Shown: one piece after another, positions 47,176 through 57,005 of the stretch | How positions within the stretch are numbered: the stretch's first letter is position 1 | How the letters are laid out: the number at the start of each line of letters is the position of its first letter | Program-made: the position numbers and the translations under genes | IMG/VR virus record: IMGVR_UViG_3300029953_000007 | Length of the DNA: 64,000 nucleotides | Reading direction: 5' to 3' (one strand) | From: an uncultured virus (IMG/VR IMGVR_UViG_3300029953_000007) | Taxonomy: Duplodnaviria > Heunggongvirae > Uroviricota > Caudoviricetes | Notes under the pieces: generated by a model | Database searches by the model: none | The model's input: only the letters and a program-made list of their open reading frames with translations | Told to the model about the DNA's origin: nothing

Positions 47176-47434
47176 GAAAAAGATAATTGAAGACTTCATT
47201 GGAGAAAAAAGAAGTAATTCCAATTACGAAAAAAACTGGGTTGACTTGATGTATGTAGCTAAAATTATATGCACTAAACTTAATAACTTTGGTGATAAGA
47301 TTACAACTCATGAACGTAGATTACTTGTTGATTTACGTCAACATACAAGAGATGCAGTCCTCTCATTTGAAAGATCTAAAGTCTTTGATGCTATCATTGA
47401 CTTTATAAACACATTTAATATAATAAATCCATAA
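47162..47434 (+). CDS. Hypothetical protein
   Basis: NWVDLM...KVFDAIIDFINTF. Confidence 0.65.
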   Translation: MNNDKKKIIEDFIGEKRSNSNYEKNWVDLMYVAKIICTKLNNFGDKITTHERRLLVDLRQHTRDAVLSFERSKVFDAIIDFINTFNIINP

Positions 47435-47437
47435 TTA

Positions 47438-47851
47438 ATGAAATATAAACTTATAAAAAGCTATCCCGGCTCGCCAGAACTAGGTTATGAATCAATAGAT
47501 GATCATTCACGATACCCTGAGTTTTGGGAACCAGCTAAAGAACCACTTATAACTACTATAGATGGAACTCCTATTTATGAAGGAGATACTTACTTTGTAG
47601 TATTTACTAATAAGTGTACTGGTGCCCCAAATCGTTATGTAAGTAATGGACCTTTTAAAGCAGAGTTAATTAGTAGTCAAGAATTTAGTAAAACTGCTAA
47701 ATATTTTCTAACTTATGAAGATACTACCTATTATATATCTAATCACAAACCAGTTTTATCAGTTAATGATGTATTATCAGTTAGAACTAACTCTACAGTT
47801 GTAGGCGCTATATTACTTAAACTATTAGACATAGCTAAATCAAAAATATAA
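47438..47851 (+). CDS. Hypothetical protein
   Basis: MKYKLIKSYPGSP...YPEFW...TIDGTPIYEGD. Confidence 0.7.
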   Translation: MKYKLIKSYPGSPELGYESIDDHSRYPEFWEPAKEPLITTIDGTPIYEGDTYFVVFTNKCTGAPNRYVSNGPFKAELISSQEFSKTAKYFLTYEDTTYYISNHKPVLSVNDVLSVRTNSTVVGAILLKLLDIAKSKI

Positions 47852-48450
47852 TGCTTCAAAACTATTCACACATAACATTTCTATTAGATTCCTCTACATC
47901 AATGACAAAGATAGCAGGAGAGACAATAGAGAGTTTTAATAAATTTTTAAAAGATCAGAAAGAAGCACCAGGTAAATGTACATTTACATTTGCTAAGTTT
48001 GCTAATGAGGTTAGTTATCCTAATGAGAATGTATATGGTACTAGATTTGTAGATATTCAAAATATCAGAGATCTTGATATGGAGCATTTTAATCCTAGAG
48101 GAATGACTGCACTTAATGATGCCATCTGTGAGGTTATTGATCAAACTGGTAAAGAGTTAGCAGTTCTTCATGAAAATGATAGGCCAGAACATGTCCTATT
48201 CATTATCTTAACAGATGGTGAAGATAATATGAGTCATAAATATAAAAGTGATGTTAAAACTAGAATAACTCAACAAGAATCTATGTATAACTGGAAATTC
48301 ATCTATCTTGGAGCTAATGTAGATGCACAACGGGAGAGTATGCAAATGGGTATTAGTAATTTTACTAGTTATACAGCTGATAGAGCTAGTGTTACAGCAA
48401 CATATAGCAAGTTAAGTTCAGACACATTAAGTCTTAGAAATTCACATTAA
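47851..48450 (+). CDS. von Willebrand factor A domain protein
   Basis: FLLDSSTSM (MIDAS), GMTALNDAI, ILTDGEDN, FIYLGAN. Confidence 0.88.
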   Translation: MLQNYSHITFLLDSSTSMTKIAGETIESFNKFLKDQKEAPGKCTFTFAKFANEVSYPNENVYGTRFVDIQNIRDLDMEHFNPRGMTALNDAICEVIDQTGKELAVLHENDRPEHVLFIILTDGEDNMSHKYKSDVKTRITQQESMYNWKFIYLGANVDAQRESMQMGISNFTSYTADRASVTATYSKLSSDTLSLRNSH

Positions 48451-48692
48451 TGATAGAAGAAATAAAGAAGTTTTTAGAACTTTTAAAGAGTGATGAGAGA
48501 TTAAAATTATTGAATGAAGCATTAGTTAGAAGTTTTGAAAATATTAAACCTCAATTCTACATAGATACTAATGAACCACATAGATTTACAATAATAGAAC
48601 CTAATGCTCAATCTAGTATAGAAATTGCTAAAGCTATCGTAACTTATTATAAGGTTATTTATGAACGAGAAATTGGATTAATCAATTTATAA
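48450..48692 (+). CDS. Hypothetical protein
   Basis: TAATG-coupled ORF. Confidence 0.6.
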   Translation: MIEEIKKFLELLKSDERLKLLNEALVRSFENIKPQFYIDTNEPHRFTIIEPNAQSSIEIAKAIVTYYKVIYEREIGLINL

Positions 48693-48919
48693 TGGCAAAG
48701 AAAAAACAAAATGTCTGTTATTTTCATAGACAAGAAGACAATAAATGGGAGTGGTTTATAGCAGATGAATATGGTAGAGCGCTTATTAAATGTACTAAGA
48801 ATTTTAATACTTATGAAGAAGTAAGTAAAGATTATGCAGATAATGGTCATGAGCTAGAAGTTAAATTAACTTTTAGTTTTCCAAACTCACCTTCTACCGT
48901 TAATGGAGTTCCAATATGA
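48692..48919 (+). CDS. Small protein, possibly YegP/DUF1508-like
   Basis: DNKWEWFIADEYGRAL...NFNTYEE. Confidence 0.5.
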   Translation: MAKKKQNVCYFHRQEDNKWEWFIADEYGRALIKCTKNFNTYEEVSKDYADNGHELEVKLTFSFPNSPSTVNGVPI

Positions 48920-49116
48920 CAATAGATTTTGATAAACAATTATATTGGATTGATTTAGAAGCTATAATGACTCTTAACGAATGGTATCTTTATAAAGAGG
49001 ATGAGTTGAGACAAAAAATAGTCAAAGCTAATCAAGAGTTATGGAACTACGAATTTACAAGAAGAAAACTTAAAACAAATAAGACAATTTTAATACCAAA
49101 AGAACAATGGATGTAA
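48916..49116 (+). CDS. Hypothetical protein
   Basis: ATGA-coupled ORF. Confidence 0.6.
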   Translation: MTIDFDKQLYWIDLEAIMTLNEWYLYKEDELRQKIVKANQELWNYEFTRRKLKTNKTILIPKEQWM

Positions 49117-49225
49117 ATGGTAATGTAAGTCTAACTATAAATGAGTTAGACAAATTAAGAGGTAGTATAAAAGAAAAGGATGAACAGCTACAAGAGAAGG
49201 ATCATAGAACGTTTAATCAATTAAT

Positions 49226-49372
49226 ATGGGAATAGTTATAGGAATAATTCTATTTCTTATTGTAATAGAATTATTAAGAGATAATGATGATAATAATAGT
49301 GGTTTATTCACTAAACCATCTAACAATCCTTCATTAAAGATAAACGATAGTCAAGAGTTAAGTTTAATATGA
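49226..49372 (+). CDS. Single-TM micropeptide (48 aa, not in ORF track)
   Basis: MGIVIGIILFLIVIELLRD...; stop overlaps ATG 49369. Confidence 0.55.
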   Translation: MGIVIGIILFLIVIELLRDNDDNNSGLFTKPSNNPSLKINDSQELSLI

Positions 49373-49746
49373 GTAAAAATAGGAAAAAGAATTATAAAGA
49401 CATATGGTTAGATGAACCTTTAAAACATGACTTTCCTGCTGCATTAGACTATTTAGAACTGCTAATGAATAGGCCATTTGCAGAAAGTTTAATTGAACAG
49501 TTAGAAGATACCGATACAGTTCTTAAAAAGGCTAAAGATATACTACGAGCTAGTGGACTTCCATTATTATCTAAGACTAATGTACATGTTAAAGAAAATT
49601 TAAAGAAAGTCAAAAGTGGTAAGAAGTTATCACCTATCCTTTTATTAAGATATGGAAAGAAGTTAATTATTGCGGATGGTTATCACAGATTGTGTAGTAT
49701 CTATTATCTATCTGAGGATTTAACAATACCATGTAGGTTAGTGTAA
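49369..49746 (+). CDS. ParB/sulfiredoxin-like domain protein
   Basis: LSPILLLR...LIIADGYHRL. Confidence 0.65.
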   Translation: MSKNRKKNYKDIWLDEPLKHDFPAALDYLELLMNRPFAESLIEQLEDTDTVLKKAKDILRASGLPLLSKTNVHVKENLKKVKSGKKLSPILLLRYGKKLIIADGYHRLCSIYYLSEDLTIPCRLV

Positions 49747-49756
49747 TAGTCAAAAT

Positions 49757-49957
49757 ATGGAGATATTAAGAACTTATTATGAATTAGAAGAACGTAAATA
49801 TTCTTCTAATGTAATTGTAAAAGTTAATGTTGTTCTTAACGATAAAGGTAAAGAACAAGAACTTAAACAGACATTTCTAATACCAGCAGGTAAAAAGAAA
49901 GAAGGAGATAAAATAGCAGACTTTATATTACCAATATTACAAAATTATCACGAATGA
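49757..49957 (+). CDS. Hypothetical protein
   Basis: 66-aa ORF. Confidence 0.6.
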   Translation: MEILRTYYELEERKYSSNVIVKVNVVLNDKGKEQELKQTFLIPAGKKKEGDKIADFILPILQNYHE

Positions 49958-50245
49958 TACTTATAGGAATAGCGATAGGCTTTATAATAGGTAAAAGTAA
50001 GGATTGGTTTAATAAAATAATAAGCAAATGGGAATAGTAATATTATTTATAATAATAGGCTTAATCTACGAATTTCTATGGATTAATAGAAATTATAAAC
50101 CTTTAGATAATTAAATTACACTTTATAATGAAATAATATGTTTTGGACAGGATTAATAGTTGGTATATTAGGAGGAGTGATTGGTACTCTTATTATTATA
50201 TCATATTTAAATAGAAAAGGGATGGAAGAAGCATTTGGTTGGTAA
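49954..50245 (+). other. Three consecutive single-TM micropeptide ORFs (49954-50037, 50028-50114, 50138-50245)
   Basis: MILIGIAIGFIIGKSK..., MGIVILFIIIGLIYEFLW..., MFWTGLIVGILGGVIGTLIIISYL... Confidence 0.55.
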
Positions 50246-50374
50246 TTATGACTCATGTAAAATTAACAAAAGAAATAGTAGATAATCAATTATTTATCTA
50301 TGCAAATGGTATATTAATCTATAAACGATGGATATTACAAGATAAAGGTCGTATGTTTTATGAAGGAGAGAGTA

Positions 50375-50617
50375 ATGGAAGAGCAAAGTGAGGAAGAAGA
50401 CTTAAGGTTTAAACTAATAGACTTACCATTTAAAGAACAAGTCAATATCTTAACTAACTTTCTGGTTAGTTTTCATACTGCTACATGGACATATCGTGAC
50501 TTAAAGCCATTCTTTGATAAAATGGCAGCGTTCTCATATTCAAGAACTAACTCAAATGGTGATGAAGAATATGAAGAATGGAATCAACAACAAACATTAT
50601 TAAATTTAAATAAATAA
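50375..50617 (+). CDS. Hypothetical protein
   Basis: ORF in a packed array. Confidence 0.6.
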   Translation: MEEQSEEEDLRFKLIDLPFKEQVNILTNFLVSFHTATWTYRDLKPFFDKMAAFSYSRTNSNGDEEYEEWNQQQTLLNLNK

Positions 50618-50621
50618 GATT

Positions 50622-50912
50622 ATGAAATATATACTATTAAACACAGAAGACAAACCAGGGATCATGCCTGATCCGTATGATGATTCTTTATTAATTTGTG
50701 ACGACTTAGATCAAGCTAGATCTCTTATAGAGGACTATGAAGGTTTGGGTTTTACAAATTTAATGATAGTACCTCTTGATCGAAGGTTAATGGATATTAT
50801 TGAACAAGCTGCGGAGTTTGTTGATATTGCTTTGTTTGAACTTGATTTAGATGAAGATGAATATGAGGATTTAAATATTGATCTTTATAACCTATTAGGT
50901 GAAGACGAGTAA
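50622..50912 (+). CDS. Acidic hypothetical protein
   Basis: D/E-rich, 96 aa. Confidence 0.7.
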   Translation: MKYILLNTEDKPGIMPDPYDDSLLICDDLDQARSLIEDYEGLGFTNLMIVPLDRRLMDIIEQAAEFVDIALFELDLDEDEYEDLNIDLYNLLGEDE

Positions 50913-50914
50913 GT

Positions 50915-51139
50915 ATGAAAGCAATAATAGAATTAAACACAAAGGTATTAAGTTATCATGCAATACCACAAGAGTTAGTAGAAGATCATTTGGAAATTGA
51001 ACAATTTCCAAATGATTGTTATGTAAAATGGACTTTAGATATGCATGAGGATTATGTGTATGATAAGTTAGATAGTTGGATAATAGAAAACTATCCAGAA
51101 CTTATAGGAAAGGATTTCCTAATTGATATGGATATTTAA
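50915..51139 (+). CDS. Acidic hypothetical protein
   Basis: 74-aa ORF. Confidence 0.65.
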   Translation: MKAIIELNTKVLSYHAIPQELVEDHLEIEQFPNDCYVKWTLDMHEDYVYDKLDSWIIENYPELIGKDFLIDMDI

Positions 51140-51148
51140 ATAAGAAAA

Positions 51149-51664
51149 ATGGCAATAGAACTAGAAAAAAAATGGGTGTTGAAAGAAATACCGGATTTAA
51201 CAAATCACAACTTTGAATTTATCAAAGCAGAGAAGATAGTACAGAGTTATCTATCTAAAGACGAACGTCTCCGTATAATAAGTAAACCAGGAGCAAAGAT
51301 TAAAGAGTATTTTCATCAAATTAAGAATAAGATAGGTGAAGGACAATCTATTGAGGAATCAAAGACTATAACTGAAAAAGAGTATCTAAAACTTCACAAA
51401 TCAGCTTATAAAGAGTTAACTAAAGTTCGTAGGACTTATCTTAATGTAGCAGACGGTTTTACTTATGAAATTGATCATTTAAGGTTTGTTAGTCCACGTG
51501 TTGATATATTATTAATGGAAATTGAATTTCAGGATAAATATCAAGACTTGTTAGAAGTGGATACTTACTTTGAGTTACCAGAGTTCTTTGATAAGTATAT
51601 ACTTGCAGATGTAACATCATATCCTGAGTTTAGTAATTATCAATTAGCTCAACCTATAAAGTAA
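51149..51664 (+). CDS. CYTH/triphosphate tunnel metalloenzyme
   Basis: IELEKKW (ExExK), IVQSYL, RLR, KVRR, YEID, MEIEF, DVT..EFSNYQLA. Confidence 0.85.
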   Translation: MAIELEKKWVLKEIPDLTNHNFEFIKAEKIVQSYLSKDERLRIISKPGAKIKEYFHQIKNKIGEGQSIEESKTITEKEYLKLHKSAYKELTKVRRTYLNVADGFTYEIDHLRFVSPRVDILLMEIEFQDKYQDLLEVDTYFELPEFFDKYILADVTSYPEFSNYQLAQPIK

Positions 51665-51966
51665 TGTATTTAGTAAAACGAACTGAAATTGTGTCTTCTG
51701 CAAAAGAAGACATTAATGGACAAACTGCTCTTTTTATAACTGATGATATTAAAGAACTTGAACAGTCTAATAAAGACTTTCAGATATCCGGAGCTTGGCA
51801 GGATTCTTATATAGGTTCAGAACCTCAATATACTTGGATAGAAATTCCTAATTTCCTACAAGACGCTTATCAAAAGGCAATTGATAACTATGATGAGTTA
51901 TTAAACTTATTTGATGATTTAGAGCCACAAGAGTTAAATGAAAATACACGAAGTAGTTATTATTAA
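51664..51966 (+). CDS. Hypothetical protein
   Basis: TAATG-coupled ORF. Confidence 0.6.
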   Translation: MYLVKRTEIVSSAKEDINGQTALFITDDIKELEQSNKDFQISGAWQDSYIGSEPQYTWIEIPNFLQDAYQKAIDNYDELLNLFDDLEPQELNENTRSSYY

Positions 51967-52224
51967 ATGGAACAACAGGAACTAAATAAAGAAGTTTTTA
52001 AATTCTTACTTTATGAAATTGATAAACCTAGACATATAAGAGAACAACATGTCATTAGAAAACTTATGAAAGCTATTGAAGAGTTAGATAATTTAGCAAT
52101 GGAATTAGCTTTTGATGAGTTCTTCAGTGAGAATCCTCCTTTAGAAAGTGTAATAACAACTGAAGAAGAGATGAAGTTTATTTTTGAAAACTTTAATGAC
52201 GATAATGAGCAATTCATCAAATAA
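51967..52224 (+). CDS. Hypothetical protein
   Basis: Abutting ORF. Confidence 0.6.
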   Translation: MEQQELNKEVFKFLLYEIDKPRHIREQHVIRKLMKAIEELDNLAMELAFDEFFSENPPLESVITTEEEMKFIFENFNDDNEQFIK

Positions 52225-52795
52225 AAAGAATACTGAGAAAGGAGTGACTAAACAGTCATTCTTTTCTTCAGATTTACATTTCTCCCATTTTAACATAATC
52301 AAGTATGATAATCGACCTTTCAATTCTGTTGAGGAAATGAATAATGCTATAATTGAGAATCATAATTCAGTTATAAGTGATGATGACGACTGGTATTTCT
52401 TAGGTGATTTCTCCTTTGATGGTAAAAGAACAGAAGAATGGTTACAAAGATTAAATGGTAATAAGTTCTTTATAGATGGTAATCATGATAGTGAGCAAAC
52501 TATTAGATCTTTTAAGAAGTATGGTACTTATTTAGGTAACTTAGCTGAGATAGTAGTAGAGAAACAGAATATAGTACTCTGTCATTACGCTATGAGGACT
52601 TGGCGAAAGTCACACAAATCGACTTGGCATCTATATGGACATTCACATCACTCTCTACCTGATGATCCTAATTCCCTTTCATTTGATGTAGGAATTAACG
52701 GTAAGGATTATAACTATACACCACTTTCATTTGAACAAGTGAAGAAGATAATGGAGAAGAAAACACCTAAAATTATTGATAAACATGGTAGTTGA
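52205..52795 (+). CDS. Calcineurin-like metallophosphoesterase
   Basis: SDLHFSH, LGDF, GNHD, LCHY, LYGHSH, FDVG. Confidence 0.9.
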   Translation: MSNSSNKKNTEKGVTKQSFFSSDLHFSHFNIIKYDNRPFNSVEEMNNAIIENHNSVISDDDDWYFLGDFSFDGKRTEEWLQRLNGNKFFIDGNHDSEQTIRSFKKYGTYLGNLAEIVVEKQNIVLCHYAMRTWRKSHKSTWHLYGHSHHSLPDDPNSLSFDVGINGKDYNYTPLSFEQVKKIMEKKTPKIIDKHGS

Positions 52796-53063
52796 AGCAA
52801 GAGAGACATTTGAAATAACAAGAGAATTAATTAACGATCTCGAAGATGAAGGTTGTTTTGAAGATTTTGAAATGATAGAGGAGAGTGTAATAGATTATGA
52901 TATTTATATAGGTTATGTAATTATACAATATATAATTAAACGGCTATCTGATAATAAGTACTTTAGATTTAGTCTACATAGCTGTTTAGATGATAATGAA
53001 GAATGGGATCAAGAGGCTATTGAAGTTTTTCCTTATACACACGAAGTAACAGGTTATTTATAA
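52785..53063 (+). CDS. Acidic hypothetical protein
   Basis: IIKRLSDNKYF...EVFP...VTGY. Confidence 0.65.
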   Translation: MVVEARETFEITRELINDLEDEGCFEDFEMIEESVIDYDIYIGYVIIQYIIKRLSDNKYFRFSLHSCLDDNEEWDQEAIEVFPYTHEVTGYL

Positions 53064-53073
53064 ATTAAGTAGG

Positions 53074-53430
53074 ATGAATCTAATATTTAAAAAAGAAGAT
53101 GATAATAGATGGTTTATTTTTCTTGATGATTATCAAGGAGATAAAAACGATCTAGAAATGGTATCAGGAGCTGACTCTTTGTGTGATGTCTTATCACATA
53201 ATAAGAGTACTCTTGAAGTTAGTCTAACAGATACACTAACACCTTATACAATAGTTATATTACATAGATGGTTACCTTTTGAGCAAGAAGAGTTTGAGAT
53301 GGTTGGATCATGGTATAGAGCAGATTTTGAGACAGAAAGACCAGAGTCGTTTGATCTATGGATTTGCCCAGTAACTTTATTAGTCCTAGGTCACTATCCA
53401 AATGTAATTTATATACAATATACAAATTAA
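53074..53430 (+). CDS. DUF6717-like hypothetical protein
   Basis: MVSGADSLCD...GSWY...WICPVTL....YP..IY. Confidence 0.55.
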   Translation: MNLIFKKEDDNRWFIFLDDYQGDKNDLEMVSGADSLCDVLSHNKSTLEVSLTDTLTPYTIVILHRWLPFEQEEFEMVGSWYRADFETERPESFDLWICPVTLLVLGHYPNVIYIQYTN

Positions 53431-54119
53431 TGACTATAGAAAACTTAACTACAAAAGGTACAAGGATACTAATTGGTGAAGAAGCTGAGAAGAAGCAGGA
53501 AATCATAAGGATCCTCGAGGAACATATTAAGAGACACGAGTTCAAACGAATAATATTACCAGTATTACAGTTCCAGAAGACATACTTAGGTAAGCTTAGT
53601 AAAGAGAATAATCATATGATGTATAACTTTAAGGATTTAGGTGATAGAGATTTATGTCTTGCCCCTGAATATACAACAGTAATACAGAAACTTGCAACTA
53701 CAACCTTTAAATATGAAAAGAATGTTAAATTATTCTACACTCAACAGTGCTTTAGAGCTGAGAAGCCCCAGGCTGGACGTTATAGAGAATTTACTCAATT
53801 TGGAGTAGAAATCTTAAATCCTGAACCTGACTATAATGAAACCTCTTGGTACGATTGGTATATGGGTGTTGCAGAAGCTGGTATAAGAAGTGTAATATAT
53901 GAAGACTATAAACATCATGATAATATTTATGGTGCGTTAATTGATAATAACCTTATAGTAAATAAGTTAGCCACAAGAGGTTTAGATTATTATAAAGAGG
54001 GTAAAGATTTTGAGATAAGTTGGAATGCTTTAGGTACTCAGAAACAAATATGTGGAGGAGGTGCCTATGAGAATGGCTTCGGTTGGGCAATAGGTGTAGA
54101 TAGGTTAATGTTAATATGA
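53430..54119 (+). CDS. Minimal histidyl-tRNA-synthetase-like protein (catalytic core only)
   Basis: MYNFKDLGDRDLCLAPEYT, motif 2 FRAEKPQAGRYREFTQFGVE, RGLDYY, GGGAY, motif 3 GWAIGVDRL; no anticodon-binding domain. Confidence 0.85.
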   Translation: MTIENLTTKGTRILIGEEAEKKQEIIRILEEHIKRHEFKRIILPVLQFQKTYLGKLSKENNHMMYNFKDLGDRDLCLAPEYTTVIQKLATTTFKYEKNVKLFYTQQCFRAEKPQAGRYREFTQFGVEILNPEPDYNETSWYDWYMGVAEAGIRSVIYEDYKHHDNIYGALIDNNLIVNKLATRGLDYYKEGKDFEISWNALGTQKQICGGGAYENGFGWAIGVDRLMLI

Positions 54120-54142
54120 AATAAGATGGAAAACAAATTAAT

Positions 54143-54454
54143 ATGATAGCATATAAAACAAGTATAAATGAATTAATAAAAGATCTTTATAAAGATCAAA
54201 CTATTGCTTATCTAAATAGATATAAAGCAGGACAATTATTCTATAGATTTACACTTAAAGATGATACCTATGAGTTCGCTATTGATTTATTAGACGACGG
54301 ACCTGGTGATCCTTTTAATATACCAACATATTATCTTTCAGAAGACATAGGTATTACAGCTCTTGAAGCTCAAATTCCTGCTCGTTCCTTAGCAAGATAT
54401 ATACAAAAGAAAGCAACAATTAGTGAACTTTATATTATAAAAGCATGTGTTTAA
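54143..54454 (+). CDS. Hypothetical protein
   Basis: 103-aa ORF. Confidence 0.65.
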   Translation: MIAYKTSINELIKDLYKDQTIAYLNRYKAGQLFYRFTLKDDTYEFAIDLLDDGPGDPFNIPTYYLSEDIGITALEAQIPARSLARYIQKKATISELYIIKACV

Positions 54455-54867
54455 CAGTTAAAAAAGATAGTACTGTAAAAGTGAAGCCTGTTGATATTAC
54501 TGTTTATAAGTTAGGTTATCCTAAGACATTATTCTCAATAGGTAGACTAGATATAGGTAAGGATGATAAAACCTTTATTCCTATCTGTAGAATGGACTTC
54601 ATTTATGTAGCTAATGTGTTACAACCTAAAGTCGAACTGATAGTTAAAGAGATAGATACTAATGCTTCTCCTTTATATTTTATAGAAGAAGGTTATCATG
54701 CATTTATATCTTTAAATGAGTATGTTGCACAGTATAGTAAACAAATGTATAAACAAACAGGTTTTAAGAATGTAGTTGGTAAATTCATTATACCAGCTAA
54801 TACTAAATATTATCTACAGGATAATGAGATTGTAGCATCACAAATAATTTATAAAGGACTATTATGA
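54445..54867 (+). CDS. Hypothetical protein
   Basis: MCL...DITVYK...IEEGYH...FIIPANTKYY. Confidence 0.7.
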   Translation: MCLTVKKDSTVKVKPVDITVYKLGYPKTLFSIGRLDIGKDDKTFIPICRMDFIYVANVLQPKVELIVKEIDTNASPLYFIEEGYHAFISLNEYVAQYSKQMYKQTGFKNVVGKFIIPANTKYYLQDNEIVASQIIYKGLL

Positions 54868-55412
54868 AAATTGGAATTTATATGGGTAGATTTAGCCCAC
54901 TACATCTTGGTCATGAGTTCATAATTGATCAAATGCTTGAGAAATATGATTATCATAACTCTCAATTGATATTGGGAAGTTGTAATAGCCCACTTGATTA
55001 TAGAAATCTATTTAGCTATAGTGATCGTCATAGCTTTATTAAAGAAATTTATCCTATTCTCGATATAATTGGTTTAGCAGATCATAATAGTGATGAGGAA
55101 TGGTTACTAATGTTAGAGGATTTAATAACCTTAATGGGTTGTAGAAAACATGAGGTTGAATTCTTTTCAGGTTATGAACAAGATGTGATAAAACTAATTG
55201 ATGCTGGTTATACTTGTACTATTACTAATAGATATGATGGTTCTACTCCATTGGTAAGTGCTACACAAGTACGTGAAGCTTTAATTAAAGAACAACCTTT
55301 AGATGGATTAGTAAATCCTATACTATATAGCCTTTTAAGAAGTAAGTTTAAGTTGAGATATAAAGAACTAAATGAGATACGAGGAAAATATGAACAGTAT
55401 GGTAGAAGTTAA
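54864..55412 (+). CDS. NMN adenylyltransferase-like (NadM/cytidylyltransferase fold)
   Basis: GRFSPLHLGH (HxGH), ILGS, RNLFSYSDR, VSATQVR. Confidence 0.8.
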   Translation: MKIGIYMGRFSPLHLGHEFIIDQMLEKYDYHNSQLILGSCNSPLDYRNLFSYSDRHSFIKEIYPILDIIGLADHNSDEEWLLMLEDLITLMGCRKHEVEFFSGYEQDVIKLIDAGYTCTITNRYDGSTPLVSATQVREALIKEQPLDGLVNPILYSLLRSKFKLRYKELNEIRGKYEQYGRS

Positions 55413-55611
55413 AATGACTGATAATCAAATAAAAGCTAAATTTATACACTATGCTGCTGGATTTCTAGACGATATGTCTATATTAGACTACGATGATGAA
55501 TTAGCAGATCTATATGATAGTAGTGAAGAAGAACAAGATAGAATGTATAATTTACTGGTAGAAGCTGAAGAGTTAATACATAAACTAGCCACACAATGCT
55601 CCTCCAATTAA
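55390..55611 (+). CDS. Acidic hypothetical protein
   Basis: Overlapping ORF; start uncertain. Confidence 0.6.
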   Translation: MNSMVEVKMTDNQIKAKFIHYAAGFLDDMSILDYDDELADLYDSSEEEQDRMYNLLVEAEELIHKLATQCSSN

Positions 55612-56246
55612 TAGCTGACAGTCATGGTCAACATCGTAAAGTCATAACTGAAAAATGTGATGTCCTTATACATGCAGGTGATATTTCAGGTAATGGTGAA
55701 CTTAATGTTGTCTATGATTTTATAAACTGGTTTGCTAATCAACCAGCAACCTGGAAGATCTTTTGTGCAGGAAACCACGAACGAAGTTTTGAAGACCCTA
55801 TAAGAATGAATAAGATAAGACAAGCCCTAATACAGCATCCATCAATTATCTATCTTCAAGATGAAGAGGTTATCATAGACGGTGTTAAGTTTTATGGTTC
55901 TCCATGGACTCCTGCTTTCTGTGGTTGGGCTTTTAATAGTACAAGACAGGAATTACAAGAAATATGGTCTAAAGTGCCATTAGATACGGATGTGTTAATC
56001 AGTCATGGTCCACCATATGGTTATGGAGATCAGTTAGAAGGTAGCTTTGAAAGAGTAGGTGATAAAGAGTTATTAGCTAGAATTTATGAAGTAAATCCTA
56101 AACTAGTAATCTGTGGGCATATTCATTGTGGAGCCGGCTGTTATAGCTTATCTGATAAGACAACAGTACTTAACGTAGCTTTAGTAGATGAACAATATTA
56201 TCTGGTGAGAGATCCAGTTATGATAAATTATAAGGACTTTATATAA
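55596..56246 (+). CDS. Metallophosphoesterase (MPPED/239FB-like)
   Basis: ADSHGQH, HAGD, AGNHE, FYGSPWTP, SHGPP, CGHIH. Confidence 0.9.
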   Translation: MLLQLIADSHGQHRKVITEKCDVLIHAGDISGNGELNVVYDFINWFANQPATWKIFCAGNHERSFEDPIRMNKIRQALIQHPSIIYLQDEEVIIDGVKFYGSPWTPAFCGWAFNSTRQELQEIWSKVPLDTDVLISHGPPYGYGDQLEGSFERVGDKELLARIYEVNPKLVICGHIHCGAGCYSLSDKTTVLNVALVDEQYYLVRDPVMINYKDFI

Positions 56247-56249
56247 GTT

Positions 56250-57005
56250 ATGTTTTATTTAATACAGAAGAATACATTTCAGTATGAAAACTATCATAAA
56301 CTGATAGAAACTCTTGAACGTCTTAATCTTGCTTATGAAGTTATTGATTGTAAACCATTTATTGAAGAAGTTGAATTTAACATAGATAGAAAAGATATAT
56401 TTGTATTTGGTTCTGTTAAACTTGCTAGATTAGCTAAAAAATATAATTTCTATCCTGGATCTTTTTATGGTGGTAATCATGATTTTAGTATACATAGTAA
56501 GTATTATGGTGATAATATGTTAAATTATGACAGTAAAATAATTAAATATACAGACTATTTAGATTGGCAACTTAATGAAGTAAAATTTATTAGGCCGTGC
56601 AAGGATAGTAAGTTATTTAATGGTAAACTATTTACTAAAGTTAAATGGGAAGATATGAAACTACAGAGTGGTCTAAATATACCAGACGATTCATTAATCC
56701 AAATAGCTTCTCCAAAAGCTATTTACAAGGAAGTTAGATTATGGATAGTTGGAGATAAGATTGTTACTTCTTCCTATTACTTCTTTCATAGTAATGTTGT
56801 ATGGTTAGATGGAGTAGAACCAGAAGCTTTAGAGTTTGGTCAACAAATGGTTGATTTATACAAAGTTGCTCCAGCATTTGTTATGGATGTTTGTCAAACT
56901 CCAGATGGTTGGAAGATTGTAGAAATCAATTGTATAAATAGTAGTGGTTTTTATAAAGTAGATATACAAAAGCTATTAATAGCATTAGAAAATAAATTTA
57001 ATTAA
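56250..57005 (+). CDS. ATP-grasp protein (DUF4343/R2K-like)
   Basis: KFIRP..DSKLFNG, EVRLWIV, FVMDV, KIVEINCINSSGFY. Confidence 0.78.
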   Translation: MFYLIQKNTFQYENYHKLIETLERLNLAYEVIDCKPFIEEVEFNIDRKDIFVFGSVKLARLAKKYNFYPGSFYGGNHDFSIHSKYYGDNMLNYDSKIIKYTDYLDWQLNEVKFIRPCKDSKLFNGKLFTKVKWEDMKLQSGLNIPDDSLIQIASPKAIYKEVRLWIVGDKIVTSSYYFFHSNVVWLDGVEPEALEFGQQMVDLYKVAPAFVMDVCQTPDGWKIVEINCINSSGFYKVDIQKLLIALENKFN

